Positions 7,508 through 16,335 of a stretch of 46,609 nucleotides of DNA are shown piece by piece. This stretch comes from a virus (Duplodnaviria > Caudoviricetes), in the IMG/VR virus record IMGVR_UViG_3300037692_000066, positions 1-46,609 of that record; one strand, given 5' to 3'. Below the pieces are notes generated by a model. It was given only the letters and a program-made list of their open reading frames with translations. It was not told the DNA's origin and ran no database searches. The position numbers and the translations under genes were made by a program. Position 1 is the first letter of the stretch. Each line of letters opens with the position of its first letter.

Positions 7508-7687
7508 ATGAAAACACTAAAAGAAATTTCAGCAAGCAACCCATCAACTTACCGAGTAATTGACTTACAAGTAAGAAAAGGCGAAGTAAAAGACTGGAGC
7601 GATAAAATAGAGATTATCGTTGATGGGAAATCAAAGTTTTGCACTCGCAGAAATGCTTATAAATTTGGATTAGCAGAAAAAGCCTAA
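7508..7687 (+). CDS. Hypothetical protein (59 aa, not in the ORF track)
   Basis: MKTLKEISASNPST...GLAEKA. Its TAATG overlaps the next start. Confidence 0.6.
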   Translation: MKTLKEISASNPSTYRVIDLQVRKGEVKDWSDKIEIIVDGKSKFCTRRNAYKFGLAEKA

Positions 7688-7851
7688 TGAATCGCCAAAA
7701 CGTAATAGTAGTAATTGCCCCGACTTTAGAAGTTTGGGGTAATTTCAAAAAGATGTGTGAAGCAAAGGGATTGCCGTATCATTCTTTGAAGATGAAAAAG
7801 TTTCCAATTGAGCATAAAGATATTGTAATTTATAAAAAACAAGTGCAATGA
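7687..7851 (+). CDS. Hypothetical protein (54 aa, not in the ORF track)
   Basis: MNRQNVIVVIAPTLEVWGNFKKMC..., with stop/start overlaps on both sides. Confidence 0.6.
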   Translation: MNRQNVIVVIAPTLEVWGNFKKMCEAKGLPYHSLKMKKFPIEHKDIVIYKKQVQ

Positions 7852-8408
7852 GCAAAATAAAATTTGACGAAAGAAATTATCGTATTCACGGAGAAGAAAA
7901 CAAGAAAGTAATTAAAAATTCTTTAGAAGAAAACGGAGCAGGGCGCTCGATTCTCGTTGACAATGATGGAAATATAATTGCAGGAAATGGTGTATTTGAA
8001 CAATGGGGGGGGGGGCGACCTGTCAAAGTAATTGAATCGGACGGAACCGAATTAATTGTAGTTAAAAGAAACGATATTAAGCCCGATGATCCAAGAAGAA
8101 TGAAGCTTGCAATATCCGATAACTCGGCAAATGATTTAAGCGAGTTTGATTTTAACCTAATGCAAGAAGATTTAAAATTACTCTCTTTTGACGAAATTGA
8201 ACTACTCGGACTAGACGCTGAAAAATTCTGTCAAGAAGAAAACGAGCAAAATCCACAACCAAAACTAATTAAGAAAGAAGAAATACGAGCGTTCAAAAAA
8301 ACGCACGTTCTATTTTCTTTTTCACCTGAAGTGTTTTTAAAAATTCAAGAGCTTTTGCAACAAATCAAAGATACGGAGGGCGTAGAGTATGAGCAGGGGA
8401 GCAACTAA
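7848..8408 (+). CDS. ParB/Srx-like N-terminal domain protein
   Basis: 'NYRIH...IKNSLEENGAGRSILVD...IIAGNG...LAISDN' ParB-N pattern. Confidence 0.75.
   Translation: MSKIKFDERNYRIHGEENKKVIKNSLEENGAGRSILVDNDGNIIAGNGVFEQWGGGRPVKVIESDGTELIVVKRNDIKPDDPRRMKLAISDNSANDLSEFDFNLMQEDLKLLSFDEIELLGLDAEKFCQEENEQNPQPKLIKKEEIRAFKKTHVLFSFSPEVFLKIQELLQQIKDTEGVEYEQGSN
8005..8015 (+). repeat. G11 homopolymer tract inside a CDS
   Basis: Eleven consecutive G in an AT-rich genome, in-frame W-G-G-G-R. Confidence 0.9.
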
Positions 8409-8949
8409 AAAAACAAACAATGACCTAAAGCTGCTTATTCATAAAGTGGATTTACGCCTAATGTCTTTGCCGGACAAGCAAGAAATAAATGTGCTCGAAG
8501 CGTTTGGAGGAGAGGGTATTTTGTGGAATGAAGTAAGAAAATTAACTGACCAAAAAATAAACACACTATCAATTGACATAAATACATACGAAAAAATAAA
8601 CCTCAAAGGAGATAATTTGAAGTTTCTCAAATCAATTGACTTAAAGATGTTCGATATTATTGATTTAGATTCGTGGGGAAGTCCCGTTGAACAGCTTCTA
8701 ATTTTAAAGCAAAGAAATTACAAGGGCGTAGTTCATTGCACCTTTATTCAAACTATGTTCGGAGCACTTAATTTAAAAATGCTTTCAAAAATAGGATACC
8801 CGGAAAGAATGGTAAAAAAATGCAGAAGCCTATTTAATAAAAACGGAATGGAAAAAATGAAACAGTTCCTTGCTATTGAATTTGAAGTTTCTGAAATTAT
8901 GATTTTTTCACATAAAAAGAAAAACTATTTTTACTTTATTCTTTCATAA
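8389..8949 (+). CDS. Putative SAM-dependent methyltransferase-fold protein
   Basis: VLEAFGGEG (motif I-like) and FDIIDLDSWGSP (DLDPYG-like motif IV). Confidence 0.65.
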   Translation: MSRGATKKTNNDLKLLIHKVDLRLMSLPDKQEINVLEAFGGEGILWNEVRKLTDQKINTLSIDINTYEKINLKGDNLKFLKSIDLKMFDIIDLDSWGSPVEQLLILKQRNYKGVVHCTFIQTMFGALNLKMLSKIGYPERMVKKCRSLFNKNGMEKMKQFLAIEFEVSEIMIFSHKKKNYFYFILS

Positions 8950-8997
8950 GTCATTGATAATGACTATCTTTATTATTATTAATTAAAAAATAAACCT

Positions 8998-9777
8998 ATG
9001 AACATTTACGAACCAGCAGGCAGGGCAAGAGAATACAGCCCACTAGCTCTGAACTATTTCAAAGGATGTGACCACGCATGTAAGTATTGCTACGTGCCAA
9101 ACATGTTAACTCGTTTTAATTCAAATTACAATCACGGAACTGTGATTAACCCAGTTGATTTTTCCAAGTTGGAAGCATCAGCCAAAAAAATGCAAGGATG
9201 TGGAAAACAAATCTTATTATCATTCACAGGCGACCCATACTGCAATTCTGAAAATGGGGAAACTCGCAAAGTACTTGAAATCTTAAATAAGTACAATCAT
9301 AAAGTGGCAATTCTAACAAAACAGCCAGATAAGGCCATGAAAGATTTAGATTTGTTTTTAAAATTTGGAGATAGATTTAAAATAGGCTCTACGCTGACAT
9401 TTGACAATGAAAAGGATTCTTTAGAATGGGAGAAAGGCGCATCGCTTCCAATTGAAAGGGTAGATGCATTACGAAAATTTGCAGAACTAGGAATAAAAAC
9501 GTGGGCTAGTTTTGAGCCTGTAATTATACCCGAGCAATCACTTTCTTTGCTTTTAACCGTTTCTGAATTTATTGACCATGTTAAAATCGGGAAAATTAAT
9601 AATTACAAAGGGATTGACAAGCAAATAGACTGGGGAAAATTCATCTTTGATTCCGTTCGCATACTTCGTGATGCGGAAATGAATGATAGATTTTACATCA
9701 AGAAAGACTTGTTAATTCACAATACCGGAGTTTATTTAAGCGGAAACGAAACAAACGAAGATTTTTTAAATTTATAA
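8998..9777 (+). CDS. Radical SAM protein (spore photoproduct lyase-like clade)
   Basis: LNYFKGCDHACKYCY, GDPY, ILTK and SFEPV motifs. Confidence 0.85.
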   Translation: MNIYEPAGRAREYSPLALNYFKGCDHACKYCYVPNMLTRFNSNYNHGTVINPVDFSKLEASAKKMQGCGKQILLSFTGDPYCNSENGETRKVLEILNKYNHKVAILTKQPDKAMKDLDLFLKFGDRFKIGSTLTFDNEKDSLEWEKGASLPIERVDALRKFAELGIKTWASFEPVIIPEQSLSLLLTVSEFIDHVKIGKINNYKGIDKQIDWGKFIFDSVRILRDAEMNDRFYIKKDLLIHNTGVYLSGNETNEDFLNL

Positions 9778-9798
9778 TAGTTATTCAAAAACTTTAAT

Positions 9799-9806
9799 TA
9801 TATTTG
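9799..9806 (+). promoter_or_regulatory. Bacteroidota sigma-A -7 box
   Basis: TATATTTG matches TAnnTTTG in an intergenic region. Confidence 0.55.
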
Positions 9807-9809
9807 TAC

Positions 9810-9877
9810 TCGGGTTTTTCATCTTTTCATAGATTTACATTTTTGGGGAAGGCTGTTATTAATTTAACAGCCTTTTT
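9810..9877 (+). ncRNA. Candidate small RNA between a promoter and a terminator
   Basis: About 68 nt with no ORF and two TTTTCAT motifs, ending in an intrinsic terminator. Confidence 0.4.
9849..9877 (+). terminator. Intrinsic terminator
   Basis: AAGGCTGTTA / TAACAGCCTT stem followed by a T-run. Confidence 0.75.
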
Positions 9878-9951
9878 CATGTGCTTACTTTTCTATGCAA
9901 AAAATACATTTATAATTTAAAAACTTACTTTTATAGTTGATTTTGTCAATT

Positions 9952-10236
9952 ATGAATGAAAAACTTTACATAGATTCAGCCGAGTCGCTTTTAGATAAGA
10001 TTAACCGCATTGATGCAATCATTGACGGGCTTATACTTCAACAGTCTACATCAACAGGAAATTCAAACATAGCATCTTATCAGTTAAATGATGGACAAAC
10101 TGTTATTAATACATCATACACATCTCAAGAAATGATAATGAAAGCCATTGAAGGTTTTGAGAGGCTAAGAGCTAGATATTTATTGAGATTGAACGGCAAC
10201 GGAGCTATTTTAAGAGATTGGAGGGGAATGCGATGA
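9952..10236 (+). CDS. Head-completion protein (gpW-like)
   Basis: Small gene directly before the portal, 'SYQLNDGQTVINTSY' hairpin between helices. Confidence 0.55.
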   Translation: MNEKLYIDSAESLLDKINRIDAIIDGLILQQSTSTGNSNIASYQLNDGQTVINTSYTSQEMIMKAIEGFERLRARYLLRLNGNGAILRDWRGMR

Positions 10237-11822
10237 GTAATTTTATTACAAAACTATTTGAAGACAAACAACTTCAAGGCGAAGTACAAACTTTAAGAAG
10301 TGAACTTGGAGCGCAAAAGAAACTAACTGCTATGATGGTTAATTTTGGCGGGACCTCTATTTTGTACGACGGTGAAAAAACCCCAAACGAACTAGGCACG
10401 CCTTTTGATTTTGAACTATCTTACTATCGAATTAGAAAAAGAGCCTGGGAATCATTTATCAAATCAACGGTAATTCAAACGGCTATAAAAAATTATTGCC
10501 TTTGGATTGTTGGAAGTGGTTTAAAATTTCAGTCAGAACCAAACCTTGAATTTTTAAAAATCAAAGGAATAAATATAGGAGATGATAGAATTTTTACAAC
10601 CAATATAGAGGCGCAATTTAGACTTTTCGCAAACTCAAAAGAATGTACTTATACTAAGGAAATGAACTTGCATGCTTTGGCGTGTGAAGCTCTTAAAAAT
10701 GCAATCTTAGCGGGGGATGTTCTTGTAATACTTAGATACGAAGGTTATCAGCCAACTATACAGATTATTGACGGCTGCTTTGTTTCAAATCCTGTAAATT
10801 TTGGCATTGAGGCGGAAATTAAAGCAAGAGGAAATTATTTGATTAGCGGGGTGGAAATTACACCATCGGGCGAACATGTGGCATATTACGTGCAAGAAAA
10901 CGACATGACTAGCCATGCACGAATAGAAGCAAACCCGTCAGGCGCACAAGGCGAACGTCAAGCATGGTTAATGGTAGGGCAGCGACATAAAATAATGGAC
11001 ACTCGAGGCATGTCGTTATTAACTGCCGTAATGGAACGTGACGCAAAACTAGACAGATATCTGGAGGCATCAGTAGGAGCGGCAGAGGAGAGCGCAAAAA
11101 TACCTTATACTTTTGAAACAGATGTAAACGGTATAGCTGGTAATCCACAATTGCAACAAATTGCGCAAGGTTTAGGAGTTGTTAAAACGGTTGAAAACGA
11201 AACGGCTGGAAAAACAGAACAATACGCTTCTAAAATTGCAATGACAACGCAAAAGCAAGTTTATGTTTTAGATCCTGGACAAACTCTAAAAACGAACACA
11301 GCACATTCAGACCCACAGTTCAACAGCTTTTTCACACCAAATGCAGAACTTATATTTGCAACAATCGGAATACCGCCGGAGGTAGCTATGGGTAAGTTTG
11401 GCGGTTCATATTCCGGAAGTCGTGCAGCAATTAAAAGCTGGGAATATAAAATGAAAGTGGAAAGAACTTCCACAATGACAGAAATGTTTTACAAGCCGAT
11501 TTATCAATTTTGGTTCTTAATTAATTTCTACAAAGGAAACATCAAAGCTCAAGGATTTAGAGAGGCTAAAATGTCTGGCGATTGGATGGTAGCGAACGCT
11601 TATACTTCATGCAGATTTATAGGAGTTAATGTCCCACATATTGACCCTGTAAAAGAAGTTGACGCAGAAAGAAGGAAATTAGGCACGCAATATGACACGA
11701 TACCTTTAACAACTGGAGAGAGTGCCGTTGAAAATTTAGGCATGGGGGATTTTACAGAGATAACCAAAAATTCAGAAAAGGAATTATCACAAGTAATAGT
11801 AAAAAAAGAGGCGGATGTTTAA
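10233..11822 (+). CDS. Portal protein, lambda family
   Basis: ~530 aa, 'VGSGLK', 'RGMSLL', 'GIPPE...SYSGSRAA', 'HIDPVKEV'. Confidence 0.92.
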   Translation: MSNFITKLFEDKQLQGEVQTLRSELGAQKKLTAMMVNFGGTSILYDGEKTPNELGTPFDFELSYYRIRKRAWESFIKSTVIQTAIKNYCLWIVGSGLKFQSEPNLEFLKIKGINIGDDRIFTTNIEAQFRLFANSKECTYTKEMNLHALACEALKNAILAGDVLVILRYEGYQPTIQIIDGCFVSNPVNFGIEAEIKARGNYLISGVEITPSGEHVAYYVQENDMTSHARIEANPSGAQGERQAWLMVGQRHKIMDTRGMSLLTAVMERDAKLDRYLEASVGAAEESAKIPYTFETDVNGIAGNPQLQQIAQGLGVVKTVENETAGKTEQYASKIAMTTQKQVYVLDPGQTLKTNTAHSDPQFNSFFTPNAELIFATIGIPPEVAMGKFGGSYSGSRAAIKSWEYKMKVERTSTMTEMFYKPIYQFWFLINFYKGNIKAQGFREAKMSGDWMVANAYTSCRFIGVNVPHIDPVKEVDAERRKLGTQYDTIPLTTGESAVENLGMGDFTEITKNSEKELSQVIVKKEADV

Positions 11823-11838
11823 TCCGCCTTTGTTTTTT
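11801..11838. terminator. Bidirectional terminator between convergent genes
   Basis: A7, then AGGCGGAT / ATCCGCCT stem, then T-rich tail, at the overlapping stops. Confidence 0.7.
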
Positions 11839-12097
11839 CATATAATTGATTAGCAAAATCACTCCTCTTACTTTCTTCAATTTCTTTTTTCTTCAAAGAA
11901 AGCTCAAGCCTCAAATATTCAGCATAAAGAATAAATGAAGAAATAACGCCTTTGCCTTTATCGCAGTTTGCAATAGTATTTCTATTTAACCCTGTATCTC
12001 TTGAAACTTTAACAGCAGAAATAAATAAATTCTCTCGATGGTCCTTTAAAAGAAATCCAAGTCTTTCAAGTTTTTTATTAAGTTCGTTTTGGTTCAT
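11819..12097 (-). CDS. XRE/Cro-like HTH protein
   Basis: 'LGFLLKDHRENLFISAVKVSRDTGLNRNTIANCDKGKG'. Confidence 0.7.
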   Translation of the reverse strand: MNQNELNKKLERLGFLLKDHRENLFISAVKVSRDTGLNRNTIANCDKGKGVISSFILYAEYLRLELSLKKKEIEESKRSDFANQLYEKTKAD

Positions 12098-12098
12098 A

Positions 12099-12452
12099 TT
12101 ATTGCTTTCTAAATTTAATAAACTGAATAATCGACATTCTTTTCAAATCACTAATAAACGCATCCATTTCTTTGAATCGCCTTTGTAATTCTAAAAAATC
12201 ATGTTGCATTTGCGCATATTTTTTTCCGGTATCAATATCGCTCTTGCAAGCATTTTTATATCTCTCTTTAAGGAAGTTCACTGTTTCTGAAATTTTCTTA
12301 ACCATTTTATCATTTGTTAAGAGTACAAATGAATTTTTAAAGCACGGCTCCTGAACAGAAATAGAAAATTTTATACCATCATTAACCGCATTTTCAATCT
12401 CAATTAATTGATGATACCTTTCAAGATGTAAAACAACTGTGTTTTTTTCCAT
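12099..12452 (-). CDS. Hypothetical coiled-coil protein
   Basis: 117-aa ORF with an A-rich leader and an upstream minus-strand promoter box. Confidence 0.7.
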   Translation of the reverse strand: MEKNTVVLHLERYHQLIEIENAVNDGIKFSISVQEPCFKNSFVLLTNDKMVKKISETVNFLKERYKNACKSDIDTGKKYAQMQHDFLELQRRFKEMDAFISDLKRMSIIQFIKFRKQ

Positions 12453-12489
12453 GGTTTGTGTTTTAAATTAATATGCTTATTTGTTTATG

Positions 12490-12497
12490 CAAATATA
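12490..12497 (-). promoter_or_regulatory. Bacteroidota -7 box for the minus-strand gene pair
   Basis: CAAATATA is the reverse complement of TATATTTG. Confidence 0.55.
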
Positions 12498-12543
12498 ATA
12501 CAAATACAAATAAATCCTACTTTTATAACAAAAAATTTCACGA

Positions 12544-13488
12544 ATGAAAGAAATATTTCTTTATTCAGGCATCTACGATTGGACTATTGAATACTTAGTC
12601 GCACAGCTAAAAGAACAAGACGAGCCTGTTAAGGTGCGTTTAAACTCGGGCGGTGGTGATGTTTTCGCAGCTCAAGGATTTTTAGCCGACATCAGAAAAA
12701 GAGATAAAGACACATTGGCAGTTGATGGAAACGCTTCATCTATGGCTTTTTTTGCAATGTTTTACTTTAAACATGTTGAAATTTTAAGCACTACAAATTG
12801 TTTAGTTCATAGAGCTAATATGTATGGGGCAACTCCTGAAGATTTAAAGATGGTTCGAGAAGTGAACGCCAACTATCGCAAAATGATGGAGGCAAAACTT
12901 GACATCAAAAAGTTTGAAAAAGTCACAGGCAAAACACTTGACCAAATATTTAATGAAGAAACCAGAGAGGAAGTTTGGTTAAACGCTCAAGACTTAGTTG
13001 AAATCGGATTGGTTAAACAAGAAAATGTTTTTGAACTTACACCGGCTTTAGCCGCAAAACAACAAATTAAAATCGAATTAGAGGCTTACAAAGAGCCAGT
13101 TAATAATAATAACAATAACAATCAAATTTTAGAAGCAATGGCAGACGAAAAAAAGGAACTGACAGCGGAAGAAAGACGAAGCATTGTAGCCTCTGGAGTA
13201 GCGAGTGAAAAAGCTCGTGTTGAGGCTTGGATGGTTTGGTTTGAAACCGACCCTGCAAAAGTGAAAGCGGGTATTGAATCAGGCAAGGAGATTTCTCCAA
13301 AAGACACACAAGAATTTGTTTTGGCAATGTCGAACGGTAAAGCTTTGGAAGCAATCAAAGAAAAATCACCGGAAGCAATCAAAACAGGAGCAGAAAAAAC
13401 ACCCGAAGCAGAACACGAAGCAGAACTTGAAAAAGAAGAAAAAGCTTTAGAGACTGCACTAGGCTTAAAAGTGGAGGATAAAAAATGA
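12544..13488 (+). CDS. ClpP-like head maturation protease with scaffold C-terminus
   Basis: NSGGGDV, ASSMA (Ser), VHRA (His), EVWLNA, charged C-terminal region. Confidence 0.88.
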   Translation: MKEIFLYSGIYDWTIEYLVAQLKEQDEPVKVRLNSGGGDVFAAQGFLADIRKRDKDTLAVDGNASSMAFFAMFYFKHVEILSTTNCLVHRANMYGATPEDLKMVREVNANYRKMMEAKLDIKKFEKVTGKTLDQIFNEETREEVWLNAQDLVEIGLVKQENVFELTPALAAKQQIKIELEAYKEPVNNNNNNNQILEAMADEKKELTAEERRSIVASGVASEKARVEAWMVWFETDPAKVKAGIESGKEISPKDTQEFVLAMSNGKALEAIKEKSPEAIKTGAEKTPEAEHEAELEKEEKALETALGLKVEDKK

Positions 13489-13925
13489 GTTCAATTACAG
13501 AAATAATAAGAACAAACAATCAGTTAAATGTAACAACTGATGTTGAAAAGCTTGCTTTAGGCGACAATGAATTTATTGAAGGTTCATTTACTGCTGCAAG
13601 TAGCACTACTTTGGAAGAAGGTACAGTTTTCGGACGTATCCACGCAACAGGTTTATTTAAAATCTGTGACAAAGATTCTACAGACGGAAGTCAATATCCA
13701 GTCGGAGTATTTTATAACGGTATCGGAGGTGGCAAAACAATTGTTTCAGGCACTTCGTATGATATTACGCTTATCAACAAAGGAAAAGTAAATGCGGATC
13801 TACTTGTTTTCACAAGCGGCGAAACCTCTGCGAGTGTAGTTTCTGACCGTCAATTTAAAGACCATTTGGCAGCTATCGGGTTAATCCTTGAAAGTCCGGC
13901 CGAATTGTCAGCAGTAGATAATTAA
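13485..13925 (+). CDS. Head decoration protein (gpD-like)
   Basis: 'LEEGTVFGRI...DSTDGSQYPVGV'; lies between the protease and the capsid gene. Confidence 0.75.
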   Translation: MSSITEIIRTNNQLNVTTDVEKLALGDNEFIEGSFTAASSTTLEEGTVFGRIHATGLFKICDKDSTDGSQYPVGVFYNGIGGGKTIVSGTSYDITLINKGKVNADLLVFTSGETSASVVSDRQFKDHLAAIGLILESPAELSAVDN

Positions 13926-13946
13926 TTAATAAGGAGGAAATAAAAA

Positions 13947-15047
13947 ATGGCTTTATCACAACAAGAAGCAGAAGGCATATTGCTTAAAGGAGCAATAAAA
14001 AAATACCAGGAGTTGCGCATGCCAACAACTCACTTACTTGGTTATTTTCCAACTCAAACATATGACACAACCGAAATACCTATCGAAGTTCAACGAGATA
14101 GAGATTTAGTGGCTGTTGATGTATTGAGAGGAACAAACGGAAATTCAAACAACGCAACTAAATCTTCGTTGAAGATTATTGTACCTCCGTTTTATCACGA
14201 AAAATTCTCTATTAATGCACTTCGCAATTATGAGCGTGCTTTTGGTGTTAGCGCATCAACTGCTCCAGCTTCAAATCGTGTTGCATTAGCGAACGAAGTA
14301 GCTATTCAGTTGCAAAAGATTCAAAATAAAATCATCCGTGCTCAAGAAATTCAATGCGCGCAAGCTCTTGAATTAGGAGTTGTTACCTTAAAAAACGGTG
14401 ATTCTATTGATTATTTGCGTAATGCGGATTCTTTGGTAGATAATAGTGCAACCCCTTGGACCACTACAACTACAGATGTAGAAAGTCAATTGCAAACAGC
14501 TATTGAGTTTATTTCTCAAGTTGGTGGAAATACTACCGGAGTTTATGATATGACTATGTCAGGGCAAGCTTGGGTTGCACTTCAAAAAACTGATTTCTTT
14601 ACAAAGAAAGCTAATTATAACAAAGTAACTTTGTTGGCAATTGGTAATCCAACTAACAGAAATGGCGCAACGTATCACGGACAAATCACAGCAGGTTCAG
14701 CAATTTTCAATATTTGGACTTACGATGCAACGTATTTGAATGCTTCAGGTGTTCGTACGCGTATCACAGACCAAACGAAAGTAGTAATTGTACCAGTTGA
14801 GGGACTAATCTCTGAAATGGCTTATGGAGCCGTTGACACTATCGTAAAATCAGCCGGCGCAACTTCATTGAGTGGAGTTCAAATCGAAAAAGCCGCAACT
14901 GACTTTTACGTATGGGATAACTTGGACAGAAACAACTTAGTACATGAAATGCACTTAACAAGCGCACCAATTGCACGTCTTATCACAGTTGACCAAGTTT
15001 ATACTATGAAAATTGCAGTATCATTCACTAGCGGACAGGAGGGATAA
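13947..15047 (+). CDS. Major capsid protein, lambda gpE family
   Basis: 366 aa, 'IIRAQEIQCAQALELG...IDY', C-terminal 'SAPI', AAGGAGG upstream. Confidence 0.9.
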   Translation: MALSQQEAEGILLKGAIKKYQELRMPTTHLLGYFPTQTYDTTEIPIEVQRDRDLVAVDVLRGTNGNSNNATKSSLKIIVPPFYHEKFSINALRNYERAFGVSASTAPASNRVALANEVAIQLQKIQNKIIRAQEIQCAQALELGVVTLKNGDSIDYLRNADSLVDNSATPWTTTTTDVESQLQTAIEFISQVGGNTTGVYDMTMSGQAWVALQKTDFFTKKANYNKVTLLAIGNPTNRNGATYHGQITAGSAIFNIWTYDATYLNASGVRTRITDQTKVVIVPVEGLISEMAYGAVDTIVKSAGATSLSGVQIEKAATDFYVWDNLDRNNLVHEMHLTSAPIARLITVDQVYTMKIAVSFTSGQEG

Positions 15048-15051
15048 TAAT

Positions 15052-15510
15052 ATGAAAAAGATAATTTTATTATTGATGTTGTTTGTAGGCGTATTCGCTT
15101 ATGGACAAAATAGTACAACAGTTGACAAAGAGCTAGGATATACAACTTCTTGGTATAAGTTTACAGAGGACATTACAACCGATGATAATATCAACGCAAT
15201 GGATAGCGTATGGACTTATGTTGTTTTCAAAAACAGCTACAAGCCTGTAAAATACGATATTTATGTTGATGTAGATTCTATTTCCGGCACTGCTGAATCT
15301 GTGAATTTTATTCTTGAGAGTAAAAAATGGTTAGATGATGCTTCGTGGACCGCCATTGATACAGTTGTTTGGAGCACAGGAGTAGATACTGTATTTACTT
15401 ACACAACATCAACTGCAACTCAAAATCAATACTTTAGATTTAGAGCGCAAGGCGCAGATAATACGTTTGTTGCTAGAATTATGAAACTATTCTTTAAATT
15501 CTGGGAATAA
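15052..15510 (+). CDS. Signal-peptide-bearing beta-rich protein
   Basis: MKKIILLLMLFVGVFAYG followed by Q, an SPI-type signal. Confidence 0.7.
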   Translation: MKKIILLLMLFVGVFAYGQNSTTVDKELGYTTSWYKFTEDITTDDNINAMDSVWTYVVFKNSYKPVKYDIYVDVDSISGTAESVNFILESKKWLDDASWTAIDTVVWSTGVDTVFTYTTSTATQNQYFRFRAQGADNTFVARIMKLFFKFWE

Positions 15511-15794
15511 TGAAAGCGAAACTTAAAGCCCTAAACGTGTTGATTGGTGGAAAATTATACCTTATCGAAGATAAGTATGTTTTTGACACGGAAAAGACAC
15601 CAAGTTTGAAAGCTGAAATTGAAGCAAAAATCAAATCAGGACACCTTGTTTTAGTTGGAAATTCTAAGGAAGAAGTTAAGGTAGATGCGAAAGTTGAGCC
15701 TAAAACTGAAACTAAGGAAGAAGTTAAGGTAGATGCGAAAGTTGAGCCTAAAACTGAAACTAAGGAAGAAAAACCAGCGAAAGACAATGGCTAA
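15510..15794 (+). CDS. Hypothetical K/E-rich protein (gpFI-like position)
   Basis: ORF containing a 16-aa tandem repeat. Confidence 0.65.
   Translation: MKAKLKALNVLIGGKLYLIEDKYVFDTEKTPSLKAEIEAKIKSGHLVLVGNSKEEVKVDAKVEPKTETKEEVKVDAKVEPKTETKEEKPAKDNG
15664..15770 (+). repeat. 48-bp perfect tandem repeat, about 2.2 copies
   Basis: CTAAGGAAGAAGTTAAGGTAGATGCGAAAGTTGAGCCTAAAACTGAAA at 15664 and 15712, partial third copy at 15760. Confidence 0.95.
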
Positions 15795-15963
15795 ATATAA
15801 AATTATAGCACAAGAAGTAACGGGAGTGAAAGGCTCTCGTTACTTTAAAAATGCCATAGTTGACGAAAGCCAACTAGTTAAAGGCTCAATCGAACAGCTT
15901 TTAAGCGCAAAAGCTATTTCACAGGTAGAAAAAGAAGCGAAAGCCGAAAAAGAAACTAAATAA
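15787..15963 (+). CDS. Small hypothetical head-module protein
   Basis: MAKYKIIAQEV..., tightly packed between its neighbours. Confidence 0.6.
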   Translation: MAKYKIIAQEVTGVKGSRYFKNAIVDESQLVKGSIEQLLSAKAISQVEKEAKAEKETK

Positions 15964-16335
15964 ATGGCTGGTCAAATACTACAGCAAGCTAGATTGGACG
16001 CTCAAAAAATCCTAAGCGAAGGAGGCTTTGAAAATGACATAACAATCACTAAGGGGGAAGAGATTTGCGAGTGTAAGGGATGGGCGCCGGTGCATCATGT
16101 TAAAATTGATACAGACGGACAACCTATAAATTCAAGACAAGCGCACGTAACCGTTCACGAAGGAAATTTAACAGGCTTAACAGTTAGAAATTCAGAAGGA
16201 GCCGTAACTCTTAGAAATGCAGTAGTACAATTTGCAGACGTTACAGGAGTAGTAAAAAAATATTCTGTTAAAGAAAATTTTGCAGACGATACTATCGGAG
16301 TGATAGTTCTAATACTTTCTAATTATGTTGAGTGA
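15964..16335 (+). CDS. Head-tail joining/closure protein
   Basis: Gene order and a beta-rich 123-aa sequence. Confidence 0.55.
   Translation: MAGQILQQARLDAQKILSEGGFENDITITKGEEICECKGWAPVHHVKIDTDGQPINSRQAHVTVHEGNLTGLTVRNSEGAVTLRNAVVQFADVTGVVKKYSVKENFADDTIGVIVLILSNYVE

Noticed and set aside
7848-8408. ParB as evidence of plasmid partitioning
   Set aside because: No ParA and no HTH were seen. The context matches modification-associated ParB-N domains.
15664-15770. 48-bp tandem repeat as a CRISPR or regulatory repeat
   Set aside because: There are no spacers. It is an in-frame duplication in a low-complexity K/E linker.
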